The notes under the pieces were generated by a model. It searched no databases. It saw only the letters and a list, made by a program, of their open reading frames with translations, and was not told where the DNA came from. A DNA stretch of 64,000 nt. Source: an uncultured cyanobacterium. GTDB taxonomy: Bacteria; Cyanobacteriota; Cyanobacteriia; Cyanobacteriales; Cyanobacteriaceae. Position numbers and translations under genes: made by a program. Positions 53,739-64,000 of the stretch are shown here, piece by piece. Position 1 is the first letter of the stretch; the number at the start of each line of letters is the position of its first letter. Where the stretch lies: positions 96,001-160,000 of the forward strand of contig CAVQBA010000006.1 in assembly GCA_963710605.1 (NCBI GenBank). Direction: 5' to 3'.

Positions 53739-54485
53739 TTGAAAGAAGAAAACTTGATGACAAACTCTAACTTTGCCCCTGATAATTTTGAGCCTCAACT
53801 GGTAATTCCTGAAGAAGGATTATCCGAAAAATCTAACATCAATTCTCGTCCGATAGTCAGTTTCCAGACTTATTTCACAGGAATAATGGAAATGTATGCT
53901 GATGAGAAAACTGTTTGTGAATATTTAAATGAGCATCAAGGCTGGTTTATTCGTTGTGCTAAACCGATGAAAGCTATCCCCTATGGCGAAAATGGCTATA
54001 CTTTAATCGTTGGTAATTATGGTGCTTTAGGTTATTACGTTGAACCACAAATGAGCGTCATTATTGAGCCTCCTCACTCTAAACGTTATGCAATGTATTC
54101 GGTTAATAATCCTCAGATAGAACATCCGGGTTATGAAGTTAATTATCGCTCAGATTTAGAGATAGAGTCAATACCTGTATCTTTAGCCGCTAAAGGAATT
54201 GAAAAAGTTTTTCGTAAACACACACAAGCCAAGTTACCCGAACAAATCACTAAAATCAATTGGCAGTTAAATTTAAAAGTTAAAGTACAATTTCCGGCAT
54301 TTATTTACCGTTTACCAATGTCAATGATTGAATCGACGGGAAATCGTTTACTTACCCAAATTGTTAAACAAGTTTCACCTAGTCTAAGTCATAAAGTCCA
54401 AAAAGACTTTCATTCTCGGATGAATTTACCTATTCCACCTGCAAGTTCAAGAACTTGTTTAGCCACAAAAGCGAAATTGAGTTAA
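53739..54485 (+). CDS. DUF1997-family protein
   Basis: YLNEHQGWFIRCAKPM, STGNRLLTQIVKQVS. Confidence 0.75.
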   Translation: MKEENLMTNSNFAPDNFEPQLVIPEEGLSEKSNINSRPIVSFQTYFTGIMEMYADEKTVCEYLNEHQGWFIRCAKPMKAIPYGENGYTLIVGNYGALGYYVEPQMSVIIEPPHSKRYAMYSVNNPQIEHPGYEVNYRSDLEIESIPVSLAAKGIEKVFRKHTQAKLPEQITKINWQLNLKVKVQFPAFIYRLPMSMIESTGNRLLTQIVKQVSPSLSHKVQKDFHSRMNLPIPPASSRTCLATKAKLS

Positions 54486-54524
54486 AATCAGATTACGTTA
54501 TTTTAATGGGTTACCTCATCACTG

Positions 54525-55400
54525 ATGAAAGTATCTAATGGCAATTGGTGGCAAAAAATCACCCAAGCAACCGAAAAAGCGATCGCATCTCATGCACTAC
54601 ATTCGATCGCTACTACTACTCATATCATCGAACAGAATGGGATACCTTTTGTTATTAGAATAATTGATAATTTAATTAGAAAAGAAAAACAACAAAAAAA
54701 GAATAAAAAAGATCCTAATTTTAATCCTTTTTTACCTTTTGAAACTAATCTTTTTATTGGCGAAATTAGTACAACTCATGTAGCAATTTTAAATAAATTT
54801 AATGTAGTTAATAATCATTTATTAATTATTACTCGTGATTTTGAAGCTCAAGAAAATATACTTAATTATGATGATTTTTTTGCTTTATGGTCAATTTTAG
54901 TCGAAGTTGATGGTTTTGCTTTTTATAACGCAGGAGCTATCGCTGGTGCATCTCAAGCCCATAAACATCTACAACTTATTCCTTATGCTTCTGGAAAAAT
55001 CGAGACAGTACCGATTGAAGAACTAATTTTAAAACATAGTAAGAAAGAAGAAATAATTAGTTTATCAGAATTACCATTTATTCATAAAATAGCCTTTTTT
55101 CCTGATTTGGATAATAAATCAATCGATGAATTGGCTAAGATAACTTTAGATTATTACCATCAATTGTTAACAGAATTAAACATTAAAATAGAAGAGCAAA
55201 AACCATCATTACAATATAACTTTTTAATGACTAAAAAATGGATGATGATTGTACCTCGTAGCCAAGACAAATTTGATAAAATATCGGTTAATTCTTTAGG
55301 TTTTTGTGGTGCATTACTGGCTAAAAATCAAAAAGGTTTGGATAAAATAAAACAACATCAACCTTTAGAAATTCTCAAGCAAGTAGGTTTTAAAAAGTAA
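54525..55400 (+). CDS. ATP adenylyltransferase / Ap4A phosphorylase-like protein
   Basis: NPFLPFE, LNKFNVV, GASQAHKHLQ, NSLGFCG. Confidence 0.88.
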   Translation: MKVSNGNWWQKITQATEKAIASHALHSIATTTHIIEQNGIPFVIRIIDNLIRKEKQQKKNKKDPNFNPFLPFETNLFIGEISTTHVAILNKFNVVNNHLLIITRDFEAQENILNYDDFFALWSILVEVDGFAFYNAGAIAGASQAHKHLQLIPYASGKIETVPIEELILKHSKKEEIISLSELPFIHKIAFFPDLDNKSIDELAKITLDYYHQLLTELNIKIEEQKPSLQYNFLMTKKWMMIVPRSQDKFDKISVNSLGFCGALLAKNQKGLDKIKQHQPLEILKQVGFKK

Positions 55401-55584
55401 GAAAACAACCTGTAAGCTATAAATAAAATATTTTTTATATCCATTGTGTTTTTGATTTACAAAACTTCATTTATGTTGAATATAATTATTTTTAAATAAT
55501 GATTAAGTAAACAATTGTTAACTTAACTTAAATACTGAATAAATTGTAGAATAATCATAAGTATAAATTTAGGTAAATAATGAA

Positions 55585-56130
55585 ATGAATAAATTCAATT
55601 TTAAATGTCTGGCGTTTATATTTTTTTTCTTAAATGGAGTAGTTTTAATTAATTCTGAAGTTAAAGCCGCTACAATAGCGTATACATTTAGTTATGGAGA
55701 ATCTGAATATACTCCTAATTTTTTTAATTGGTTTAGTATATTAGATGATGATTATAAATCATTAACATCTAATGGAACTGAATTTTTAGATGCACACGAA
55801 ACATATATAATAAATACAATATATATAGATGATATAAATGATAGCGGTTTCAGTGAGATACATTATTATGATGATAGTCCCAATCTTAAAGTAGCATTTT
55901 TAAATGGCGAATTATTAGGATTAGATGGTGGTTATGCTAATATTAGTTTTTTTCCTGGTACGACTGATATAAGTCAAGCATATGCTATATATGACGTTCC
56001 TATTAAAGTTCAATACGAGTTAAGCCCCCCTGGTGCAGCCCTTCCAATACCAGAGCCATTAACTATATTCGGTTCTCTAACTGCTTTAGGCTTGGGATCA
56101 TTAATGAAATATAAAAAAAGTAACTCCTGA
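55585..56130 (+). CDS. PEP-CTERM sorting-domain exported protein
   Basis: Signal peptide; IPEPLTIFGSLTALGLG..KYKK. Confidence 0.88.
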   Translation: MNKFNFKCLAFIFFFLNGVVLINSEVKAATIAYTFSYGESEYTPNFFNWFSILDDDYKSLTSNGTEFLDAHETYIINTIYIDDINDSGFSEIHYYDDSPNLKVAFLNGELLGLDGGYANISFFPGTTDISQAYAIYDVPIKVQYELSPPGAALPIPEPLTIFGSLTALGLGSLMKYKKSNS

Positions 56131-56375
56131 TCTTAACTTATAGTCATTTGTATTTCATCTGTTTAGGTCATAGTTATGGAGGCTTTATTTATTTCTTTCT
56201 TTTGTAATACTGAATTAAATTATCAAGTGTTTTTAATTTGGAATGACTATAATATTTTTTGAAGTTTTGTAGTAAGTCTTTTAAAACTTATTCGCTACTA
56301 ATTGCTAAAGTCATGACTACAAACTTAAAATGATGTAGTCTTAAATAAAAATATTATCATTTACATTACTAATCA

Positions 56376-56927
56376 ATGACATTTATCATCGTAGATTTAG
56401 AAGCAACTTGTTGTAATGGAGGCTCGATTCCTAGAAACGAAATGGAGATAATTGAAATCGGTGCAGTTGCTTTAGAAAATAGAACTTATAATATTATTTC
56501 TGAATTTGATACACTGGTTAAACCTGTTAGAAATCCAAAGTTAACCCAATTTTGTACTAAACTTACTTCTATCTCTCAAACAATGGTAGATAACTGCGAA
56601 ACTTTTTCTCAAGCCCTTGACAAATTTAAAGATTGGCTCTCAAATTTTGATAAACCAGAATTTTGTAGTTGGGGTAACTACGATAAAAATCAATTAATCA
56701 GAGATTGTCAGTATCATAAGCTCGATTATCCTTTCAATTCATATCACATTAACATCAAAAAACGATTTGCTCAAAAAAATGGCTTAGCTAAACCTGTCTC
56801 ATTAGGAAAAGCCATTCGGATGGTTAATCTTGAATTTGTTGGCACACCTCATCGAGGAATTGAAGACGCTAAAAATATGGCAAGACTCAGTGATTATATT
56901 TTTGGGAAAAAAAGATTACACTCTTAA
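56376..56927 (+). CDS. DEDDh 3'-5' exonuclease (ERI-1/KapD-like)
   Basis: IVDLEATC, EIIEIGAV, SWGNYD, HRGIEDA. Confidence 0.9.
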   Translation: MTFIIVDLEATCCNGGSIPRNEMEIIEIGAVALENRTYNIISEFDTLVKPVRNPKLTQFCTKLTSISQTMVDNCETFSQALDKFKDWLSNFDKPEFCSWGNYDKNQLIRDCQYHKLDYPFNSYHINIKKRFAQKNGLAKPVSLGKAIRMVNLEFVGTPHRGIEDAKNMARLSDYIFGKKRLHS

Positions 56928-57037
56928 AATAATCCTTATTAGTTGAGATTCCACAATAACCCAGAGGATGTTTTCGATTCGAAAATCATTTCTCCACTAG
57001 TTTCGATCGTTTTTTGATAATTATATTTCGCTCTTTG

Positions 57038-57144
57038 GATTGCGAACATCTTGTTCGCTGGTGTACAAACATCTATTTTTTTTTAGATTGCGAACATCTT
57101 GTTCGCTAAATTTATTCCTATCTTGTTTGCTGGAGTACGAACAT
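57038..57144. repeat. Tandem/nested palindromic repeats
   Basis: gattgcgaacatcttgttcgct at 57038 and 57086, partial third copy; (AT)n at ~57176-57197. Confidence 0.75.
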
Positions 57145-57304
57145 AATAATCTAGAGAGTGAGACGCTTTCACTACATATACATATATATATATATATACA
57201 CACAAATCGATCGTATATAGTTTTTGGTAAAGAAAACAACACCCTTCTTCTATTATGAAGATAAGTTAAGCTAAAAATAGACAAAACGAGATTTAATATA
57301 AGTA

Positions 57305-59383
57305 ATGACTACAACAGCAACAAACCCTCTTTTGATAGGTGAAGGATTACCACCATTTGAACAAATAAAACCTGAACATATCGTTCCGGGAATCGAACAA
57401 TTATTGATCGAATTAGAAGCAGAATTAACCCAAATTGAAGAAGATTTTCAACCGACATGGTCTGGTTTGATTGTACCCTTAAATAATATCGAAGAAAGAC
57501 TACGTTGGAGTTGGGGTATCATTGGGCATTTGATGGGAGTGAAAAATAGTGATGAATTACGTCAAGCTTACGAAACAGTACAATCACAATTAGTTCAATT
57601 TTCCAATAGATTTAGTCAAAGCAAACCTCTTTATCAAGGTTTTGTCGCCATCAAAAATAGCGATGAATGGAATAATTTTGAACCAGCCCAAAAAAGAATT
57701 ATCACCTCAGCGATTAAAGATGCCCAATTATCAGGAGTCGCTTTAGAAGGAGAAAACAAAGAACGTTTTAACGAAATACAATTAGAATTAGCTGGATTAT
57801 CAACACAATTTTCTAATCATGTTTTAGATGCTACCAAAGCATTTAAACTCAAACTAACTAACAAAGAAGAAGTAGCAGGATTACCCGCAAGTTTACTTAG
57901 TTTAGCCGCTCAAACTGCTAGAAGTGAAGGAGAAGAAGAAGCGACAACCGAAAATGGCCCATGGGTGATTACTTTAGATTATCCGAGTTATGTACCTTTT
58001 CTTAAGTTTAGTAGCCGTAGAGATTTAAGAGAAAAAGTCTATCGTGCATTTATTACTCGTGCGACGGCAGGAGAATTAGATAACAATCCTTTAATTAGCA
58101 AAATTCTAACTCTCAAACAAGAAAAAGCCGAAATATTAGGGTATCAAAATTACGCCGAAATTAGCTTAACTCGCAAAATGGCGGATAGTGTAGAAGCAGT
58201 AGAAAAACTCTTAGAAGAATTAAGAGTAGTTAGTTATGATGCCGCTCAAAACGAATTAGAAGAATTAAAAGAATTTGCTACCCAAGAAGAAGATTTACAA
58301 CCTTGGGATGTAAGTTACTGGGCAGAAAAACAAAGAGAAAGCAAGTTTAATTTTACTCAAGAAGAGTTACGCCCTTATTTTTCCTTAGATAAAGTATTAG
58401 ATGGTTTGTTTGGCTTGGCTAAACGAATTTTTGGTGTCAGTATTGTTTCTGCTGATGGTGAAGCACCTATATGGCATGAAGATGTTAAATATTTTCAGGT
58501 TAGTAATGAAACTGATGAAGTGATTGCTCATTTTTATTTAGATGCTTATTCTCGCCCTGCTGAAAAAAGAGGTGGTGCGTGGATGGATGATTGTTTAGGT
58601 AGAGCGAAATTTCAAATTGATGGTAAAGCTGTGACTCGTTTACCTGTGGCTTATCTAACTTGTAATCAATCTCCGCCGATAGATGGAAAACCTAGTTTGA
58701 TGACTTTTGGTGAAGTGGAGACTCTTTTTCATGAGTTTGGGCATGGTTTACAACATATGCTGACTGTCATCGATTATGCGGGTGCGGCAGGTATTAATAA
58801 TGTTGAATGGGATGCGGTGGAGTTACCTAGTCAGTTTATGGAAAACTGGTGTTTAGAAAAAAATACTCTGTTTGGCATGGCTAAGCATTACGAAACGGGC
58901 GAAACTTTACCTAATCATTATTATGAAAAATTGGTGGCTTCTAAAAATTACATGAGTGGTTCTGGTATGCTAAGACAGTTACACTTTGCGATGTTAGATT
59001 TAGAGTTACATTCTCGTTATCAAGCAAATAATGGCGAAACTCATCATGATGTACGCGATCGTATTGCTAAGTTGACAACTGTTATGACACCTTTACCAGA
59101 AGATCAATTTTTATGTGCTTTTGGGCATATTTTCGCTGGTGGTTATGCGGCAGGTTACTACAGCTACAAATGGGCAGAAGTACTCAGTGCCGACGCTTTT
59201 TCTGCTTTTGAAGAGGCAGGTTTAGAAGATGAAGAGGCTGTTGCTACTGTGGGTAAACGTTTTCGTGATACTGTTTTAGGTTTAGGTGGTAGTTTATCTC
59301 CTATGGAAGTATTCAAACAATTCCGTGGAAGAGAGCCAAAAACTGAGCCTTTACTAAGACATAGTGGCTTATTAGTTAGTTAA
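57305..59383 (+). CDS. prlC: Oligopeptidase A (M3 family)
   Basis: KRGGAWM, HEFGHGLQH, DAVELPSQ, YAAGYYSYKW. Confidence 0.93.
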   Translation: MTTTATNPLLIGEGLPPFEQIKPEHIVPGIEQLLIELEAELTQIEEDFQPTWSGLIVPLNNIEERLRWSWGIIGHLMGVKNSDELRQAYETVQSQLVQFSNRFSQSKPLYQGFVAIKNSDEWNNFEPAQKRIITSAIKDAQLSGVALEGENKERFNEIQLELAGLSTQFSNHVLDATKAFKLKLTNKEEVAGLPASLLSLAAQTARSEGEEEATTENGPWVITLDYPSYVPFLKFSSRRDLREKVYRAFITRATAGELDNNPLISKILTLKQEKAEILGYQNYAEISLTRKMADSVEAVEKLLEELRVVSYDAAQNELEELKEFATQEEDLQPWDVSYWAEKQRESKFNFTQEELRPYFSLDKVLDGLFGLAKRIFGVSIVSADGEAPIWHEDVKYFQVSNETDEVIAHFYLDAYSRPAEKRGGAWMDDCLGRAKFQIDGKAVTRLPVAYLTCNQSPPIDGKPSLMTFGEVETLFHEFGHGLQHMLTVIDYAGAAGINNVEWDAVELPSQFMENWCLEKNTLFGMAKHYETGETLPNHYYEKLVASKNYMSGSGMLRQLHFAMLDLELHSRYQANNGETHHDVRDRIAKLTTVMTPLPEDQFLCAFGHIFAGGYAAGYYSYKWAEVLSADAFSAFEEAGLEDEEAVATVGKRFRDTVLGLGGSLSPMEVFKQFRGREPKTEPLLRHSGLLVS

Positions 59384-59477
59384 AAGTTAAGAGTTAAGAG
59401 TTAAGAGTTGAGAGTTACTTAGAATAATTGACAATTGATAATTACTGTTCATTGTTCATTGTTCATTGTTCATTGTT
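59384..59477. repeat. Heptamer tandem repeats (AAGAGTT)n and (TTGTTCA)n between convergent genes
   Basis: Read directly. Confidence 0.85.
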
Positions 59478-59489
59478 CGCTCTTAATGC

Positions 59490-61334
59490 TTAGGCGATTG
59501 TTTTTTGTTCGTGACGATCGAAAAAACGGTAAACTGATTGACTACTAAGGGGCTTGGAGAAAAAATATCCTTGCCCAAAATCACAGCCTAAATAACGAAG
59601 TCGATCGAATTGTGCTTGATTTTCAATTCCTTCGGCGACTATTTTCATATTAAGATTTTTACCTAATGTCATTATAGTTTCAATAATGTTAGCACTGTCG
59701 GCTTTTTTCATAATTGTTTTGACAAAAGAGCGATCGATTTTTAGCTGATTCACAGGAAAACGATGTAGATAACTTAAAGAAGAATAACCTGTGCCAAAAT
59801 CATCAATACTTAAACCTATATTACGCTCCCTAATTTGACACAGAATGTTATTAGCTAATTCTTGGTTATCCATAATTGCTGTTTCGGTGATTTCTAGATT
59901 TAGCCACTGACTATCAATTTTAGTTTCCGCTAAAATTTGATCTATTTGTTGAATCAAATCAGATTTGGCGAATTGTTTAACCGAGAGATTAACATTCATC
60001 GTCAAATTACCCGGTATTAGATTTTGTTGTTGCCAAACTTGTAGCTGACGGCAAGCTTCCTTTAATACCCACATTCCCAAAGGTACAATTAATCCGGTTT
60101 CTTCCGCCAAATTAATAAAATTCATGGGTGAAAGTAAACCTTTAGTGGGATGATTCCAGCGTACTAAAGCTTCAAATCCTTTAATACGATTATTTGTGAA
60201 AGAAAATATTGGTTGATAATGAAGTACAAATTCTTCTTTTTCTAAAGCTTGTCTTAAATCAGTTTCTAATTGTAATTTCTGTTGTGCTAACTGGTGCATC
60301 TCGGATTTGAAAACTCGATAACAAGCTTTTCCTGATTCTTTTGCCCGATACATAGCCATATCCGCATCTCTGACAATTGTTTCAGCAGATTGATAATGTT
60401 TGGTATCAACTAAAACCCCAACACTACCACCTAAAAATATTTCTCTTTCCTTAATCCGAAAAGGTTTTTTTAATTTATTAATTAATTGTTGAGCTATCTT
60501 GGTGGTATAGTTAACCGTTGGTAAATCTTCTAAAAGTACCATAAACTCGTCTCCTCCTAAACGAGCTAAGATGTCTGTTGGACGTAAGCAAGATTGTAAT
60601 CTACGGGCAACTTGTTGTAACACCTGATCACCAGCTAGATGCCCTAAAGAATCATTGACTAATTTAAAACGATCGCAATCTAAAAAAAGTACAGAATAAG
60701 TATAATGAGCTTCATGCTGACTACGTTCGATCGAATTTTGTAATAAATTTAATAATAATACTCGGTTAGGTAAATTAGTAAGTGTGTCGTAAAAAGCCAT
60801 TTGTATCAGCTTTTTTTGCGTAAGTTTGTGTTGCTGAATTTCTTCTTGTAAGTTAGTAGTGCTTTGTTTTACTCTTGTTTCTAATTCTTCATTAAGGCAT
60901 TTGATTTGATTTTGAGCAGATTGTAGTTTTAATTGATTTTCTACCCGCATCAAAACTTCTTCAAACTTAAATGGTTTACTAATATAATCAACTCCTCCTA
61001 CTTCAAATGCTTTTTGTTTATCTTTAGTATTTTCTAATGCACTCAAAAAAATAATCGGAATTTGAGCAGTTACTGGTGTCTGTTTTAGTTTCTGACACAG
61101 TTGATAACCATTCATTTTCGGCATCATCACATCAAGTAAAATTAATTGCGGCGGTTTAATTTCTATTTGAGCTAATGCTTCTTTGCCACTACAAGCTGAT
61201 CTAACATTATACCCTCGTTTTGTGAGCAATTTAGATAATAAAATGATATTAGTCTGAAAATCATCAATAATTAGAATATCACTTTGAATTTTTATTTCAT
61301 CTCTAACCGAATTAGTTTTATTATTGATATTCAT
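59490..61334 (-). CDS. Response-regulator REC-GGDEF-EAL c-di-GMP enzyme
   Basis: LLDVMMP, ARLGGDEF, FEALVRW, DDFGTGYSS all intact. Confidence 0.94.
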   Translation of the reverse strand: MNINNKTNSVRDEIKIQSDILIIDDFQTNIILLSKLLTKRGYNVRSACSGKEALAQIEIKPPQLILLDVMMPKMNGYQLCQKLKQTPVTAQIPIIFLSALENTKDKQKAFEVGGVDYISKPFKFEEVLMRVENQLKLQSAQNQIKCLNEELETRVKQSTTNLQEEIQQHKLTQKKLIQMAFYDTLTNLPNRVLLLNLLQNSIERSQHEAHYTYSVLFLDCDRFKLVNDSLGHLAGDQVLQQVARRLQSCLRPTDILARLGGDEFMVLLEDLPTVNYTTKIAQQLINKLKKPFRIKEREIFLGGSVGVLVDTKHYQSAETIVRDADMAMYRAKESGKACYRVFKSEMHQLAQQKLQLETDLRQALEKEEFVLHYQPIFSFTNNRIKGFEALVRWNHPTKGLLSPMNFINLAEETGLIVPLGMWVLKEACRQLQVWQQQNLIPGNLTMNVNLSVKQFAKSDLIQQIDQILAETKIDSQWLNLEITETAIMDNQELANNILCQIRERNIGLSIDDFGTGYSSLSYLHRFPVNQLKIDRSFVKTIMKKADSANIIETIMTLGKNLNMKIVAEGIENQAQFDRLRYLGCDFGQGYFFSKPLSSQSVYRFFDRHEQKTIA

Positions 61335-61764
61335 AATTGGTGATAACCTCTTCTTATTAAGATATAAATTAAGTTTAGATATTTATATAATTTGTCTTGC
61401 TCAACAAGCTTTATTAGTTCAAAAAAACAAATATATCCAGTAATTTTATTCAAAAAATGCAATTATTTAGATTAATGTTTCATAATAATTATTATCACAA
61501 GCAATAGTGAATATCTTGTGTAGAAATAGTAATTTATCAAGTATGTTGGTAATTAATCGATCGAATAAGTGAATACTATCTTAATGATCTATAAAATCTA
61601 TTATTGCAGATGCTAAAGACAATGATTAACATTTAAAATAGAAGTAATTATGGATGATCACCAATATTAATCCACTTTGGTGAGAGTTTTAAATTAAACA
61701 AAATATAACTCTAATACCGAAAACTTTTTGTTGTCGTCTTAATTTTATTAATAATACATTGATT

Positions 61765-62328
61765 ATGAACAAAACCGTAACAGTTGAAAAAGAAAAATTA
61801 GCTCAACCTCCTCTCAATTTACATTTTTTAGGAGATAAAGTATTACGTCAAAATACCAAACGAATTGCTAAAATCGACCAAGACGTTAGAGATTTAGCCA
61901 AACATATGCTTCAAACTATGTACTCCGAAAACGGTATTGGTTTAGCCGCACCTCAAGTAGGGATACATAAAAAAATGTTAGTGGTTGATTGTCAGCCAGA
62001 TAATCCTGCTACTCCACCGATGATTTTAATTAATCCTGAAATTACTAAGTTTGGTAAAGATTTTTGTGTAGCCGAGGAAGGTTGCCTTAGTATTCCTCAA
62101 GTGTTTTTAGAAGTTATTCGCCCTCGCACTATCGAAGTGACTTTTAAAGATGAATCGGGTAAGAAGAATAAAATTAAAGCCGCAGGTTTACTTTCTCGTG
62201 TCATTCAACACGAAATGGATCATCTTGATGGTGTATTATTTGTCGATCGAGTTAAAAATAATTTAGCATTAACTGAACAATTACAAAAAAAAGGTTTTTC
62301 TCTTAGTGCAGTACAATCAATCGTTTAA
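61765..62328 (+). CDS. def: Peptide deformylase
   Basis: GIGLAAPQVG, EGCLS, QHEMDH. Confidence 0.97.
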   Translation: MNKTVTVEKEKLAQPPLNLHFLGDKVLRQNTKRIAKIDQDVRDLAKHMLQTMYSENGIGLAAPQVGIHKKMLVVDCQPDNPATPPMILINPEITKFGKDFCVAEEGCLSIPQVFLEVIRPRTIEVTFKDESGKKNKIKAAGLLSRVIQHEMDHLDGVLFVDRVKNNLALTEQLQKKGFSLSAVQSIV

Positions 62329-62479
62329 TCAATTGTAATAATTAATAACGACAAAATAAAATGATTAGTGGTTAAACTTAAAGACACAACCATATTTTGT
62401 GGTAATATTCTATATCTTCTGATGATTGCTATAATTTGATTGTCAATTCATAATTAAAAAATATTTATTCAAAAAAACT

Positions 62480-62824
62480 ATGACAGGAAAAAAAGGATTT
62501 GGTTTAGGTTTAGGCAAAATGAAAGAATTAGCTGAAGCCTTCAAAAAAGCTCAACAGATACAAGATGATGCTAAAATACTCCAACAAGAGTTGGAATCAA
62601 TGCAAATTCAAGGGCAAAGTGAAGATGGCTTAGTTGTAGTTACCATGAGTGGTAATCAAGAGCCCTTAAATGTAGAAATAGCTGAAGAAGCCCTAACCAG
62701 AGGTGCTAGTGAAGTCTCTGCATTAGTTACTGTCGCTATTAAAGATGCTTATGATAAATCAACTACAATTATGCGTGAGAAAATGGAATCTTTAACCGGT
62801 AATTTGAATTTACCCGGAATGTAG
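62480..62824 (+). CDS. ybaB: YbaB/EbfC nucleoid-associated protein
   Basis: KKAQQIQ...[13 protein letters not shown]...MESLTG. Confidence 0.92.
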   Translation: MTGKKGFGLGLGKMKELAEAFKKAQQIQDDAKILQQELESMQIQGQSEDGLVVVTMSGNQEPLNVEIAEEALTRGASEVSALVTVAIKDAYDKSTTIMREKMESLTGNLNLPGM

Positions 62825-63099
62825 ATTTAATAGTTGAGAATTGAGAATTGAGAATTATTATTTTTGTTCTCAGTTTTTCTTGTTTTATTGATTCATTACG
62901 GAGAGTATATACAGTATTTTCTTCGATTAGGTAACTAATAATTGTTTGATAATAACTATTGTCTAGTGTTTATAAATATAGTAATATTTTATTTTTTACT
63001 TGTTTATCGGATGCTAGATTTTAGTTTGTGTACTTAATTATTATTAATTATTAATAAAAAAAATTTAATTATACTTCTTTGGTGAAGTTAAAAAAAATT

Positions 63100-63576
63100 A
63101 TGGGTAAAATAAAGTTATTATTTGTTTGTTTGGGTAATATTTGTCGATCGCCTTCGGCGGAAAATTTGATGCGACATTTGATCGAAAAAGAGGGTTTAAG
63201 TGAGCAATTTGAGTTAGATTCTGCTGGCACTTGTAACTATCATATAGGTTCAATACCAGATAGTAGAATGAGAGTGGCGGCTAAGAAAAGAGGTATAGAA
63301 TTAAAAGGTAAAGCCAGACAAATTGAAGAAATAGATTTGGAATATTACGATCTGATTTTGGCAATGGATAAGTCTAATTATCAAGATATTTTAGCACTCG
63401 ATCGTCAAGGTAAATATCACCATAAAATCAAATTAATGTGCGATTTTGCTACCGAATATACCGATTCAGAAGTACCCGACCCTTATTATGGAGGAGAATT
63501 GGGTTTCGATTACGTAATTGACTTATTACTCGATTCGTGTCAAGGATTAGTTGAATATTGCCAAACAGAATTTTAA
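63100..63576 (+). CDS. Low-molecular-weight protein-tyrosine phosphatase
   Basis: VCLGNICRSP, DSAGT, VPDPYYG. Confidence 0.96.
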   Translation: MGKIKLLFVCLGNICRSPSAENLMRHLIEKEGLSEQFELDSAGTCNYHIGSIPDSRMRVAAKKRGIELKGKARQIEEIDLEYYDLILAMDKSNYQDILALDRQGKYHHKIKLMCDFATEYTDSEVPDPYYGGELGFDYVIDLLLDSCQGLVEYCQTEF

Positions 63577-63842
63577 TCAAGCTAAATAGATAGTTGAGAG
63601 TGAAGAGTTAACTAGTTATAGATAAAAGATGAAGGATGAGAAATGAATTATACAAACTTTATAGCAAGCAAACACTTTATCTGCAAATGATAGTAGTAAT
63701 AACTTAATTCATTAAAATGCTTAAGTATTTGATGAGGATTACCAACAATAGATAATATCAACGAAAATCAACCTATCTTTTTACGATTATCGATAATTAA
63801 ACGAATTTCAAATTAATAGTTACCTCAATCACTCCACTACAT

Positions 63843-64000
63843 TTATTTTGAATTACTCCATTGTCCGTGAATATTAACACTGTAAGGGATTAAGTAACTC
63901 AGTAAACCCGAAATCCATCTTTGCTGGTTCATTTTGCCCGTCATTAAAGCGTTTCCATGATTAATCATCAATAGTATCGTACCTACAAACAAAGCTACTT
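63843..64000 (-). CDS. nrtS: NrtS-family nitrate/nitrite transporter, 3' part; start outside the window (not in the ORF track)
   Basis: Manual translation VALFVGTILLMINHGNALMTGKMNQQRWISGLLSYLIPYSVNIHGQWSNSK*. Confidence 0.75.
   Translation of the reverse strand, partial: VALFVGTILLMINHGNALMTGKMNQQRWISGLLSYLIPYSVNIHGQWSNSK

Noticed and set aside
57021-57284. Two small ORFs upstream of prlC
   Set aside because: They derive from palindromic repeats and an AT microsatellite.

Overview
This is an AT-rich cyanobacterial chromosome segment. The evidence is ldpA, DUF3611/DUF4335/DUF1997 genes, nrtS, abundant HIP1-core CGATCG, heptamer tandem repeats and SphR-type Pho boxes; a Cyanobacterium/Geminocystis-like host is my inference. 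A housekeeping backbone (uvrA, bifunctional Man-1-P guanylyltransferase/PMM, purB, mfd, thrC, dacB, pstS, tsaC, pstB, ldpA, menC, tRNA-Glu, prlC, def, ybaB, LMW-PTP) is interrupted by three accessory blocks. (1) 1.8-9.1 kb, after uvrA: several toxin-antitoxin modules, some duplicated or decayed, a PARIS-like ABC-ATPase + DUF4435 pair, a WD40 pseudogene, a HicAB-like pair and a degenerate copy of the uvrA 3' region. (2) 33.8-39.9 kb, after menC: one ~1357-codon reading frame (HTH, 4 DUF4379-type Zn-ribbons, SF2 helicase, RRP8/nucleomethylin-like methyltransferase) interrupted by a single in-frame TGA. It is bracketed by a partial menC duplication and followed by a decayed Zorya-like locus. This is the best candidate for an undescribed system. 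(3) 45-52 kb: four paralogous LRV/HEAT-repeat genes, three with a shared leader motif, followed by a MoxR-like AAA+ ATPase. At least nine apparent single-base frameshifts, including one in purB, point to long-read assembly errors, so split ORFs were rejoined. All family assignments come from motif recognition by eye; no searches were run.
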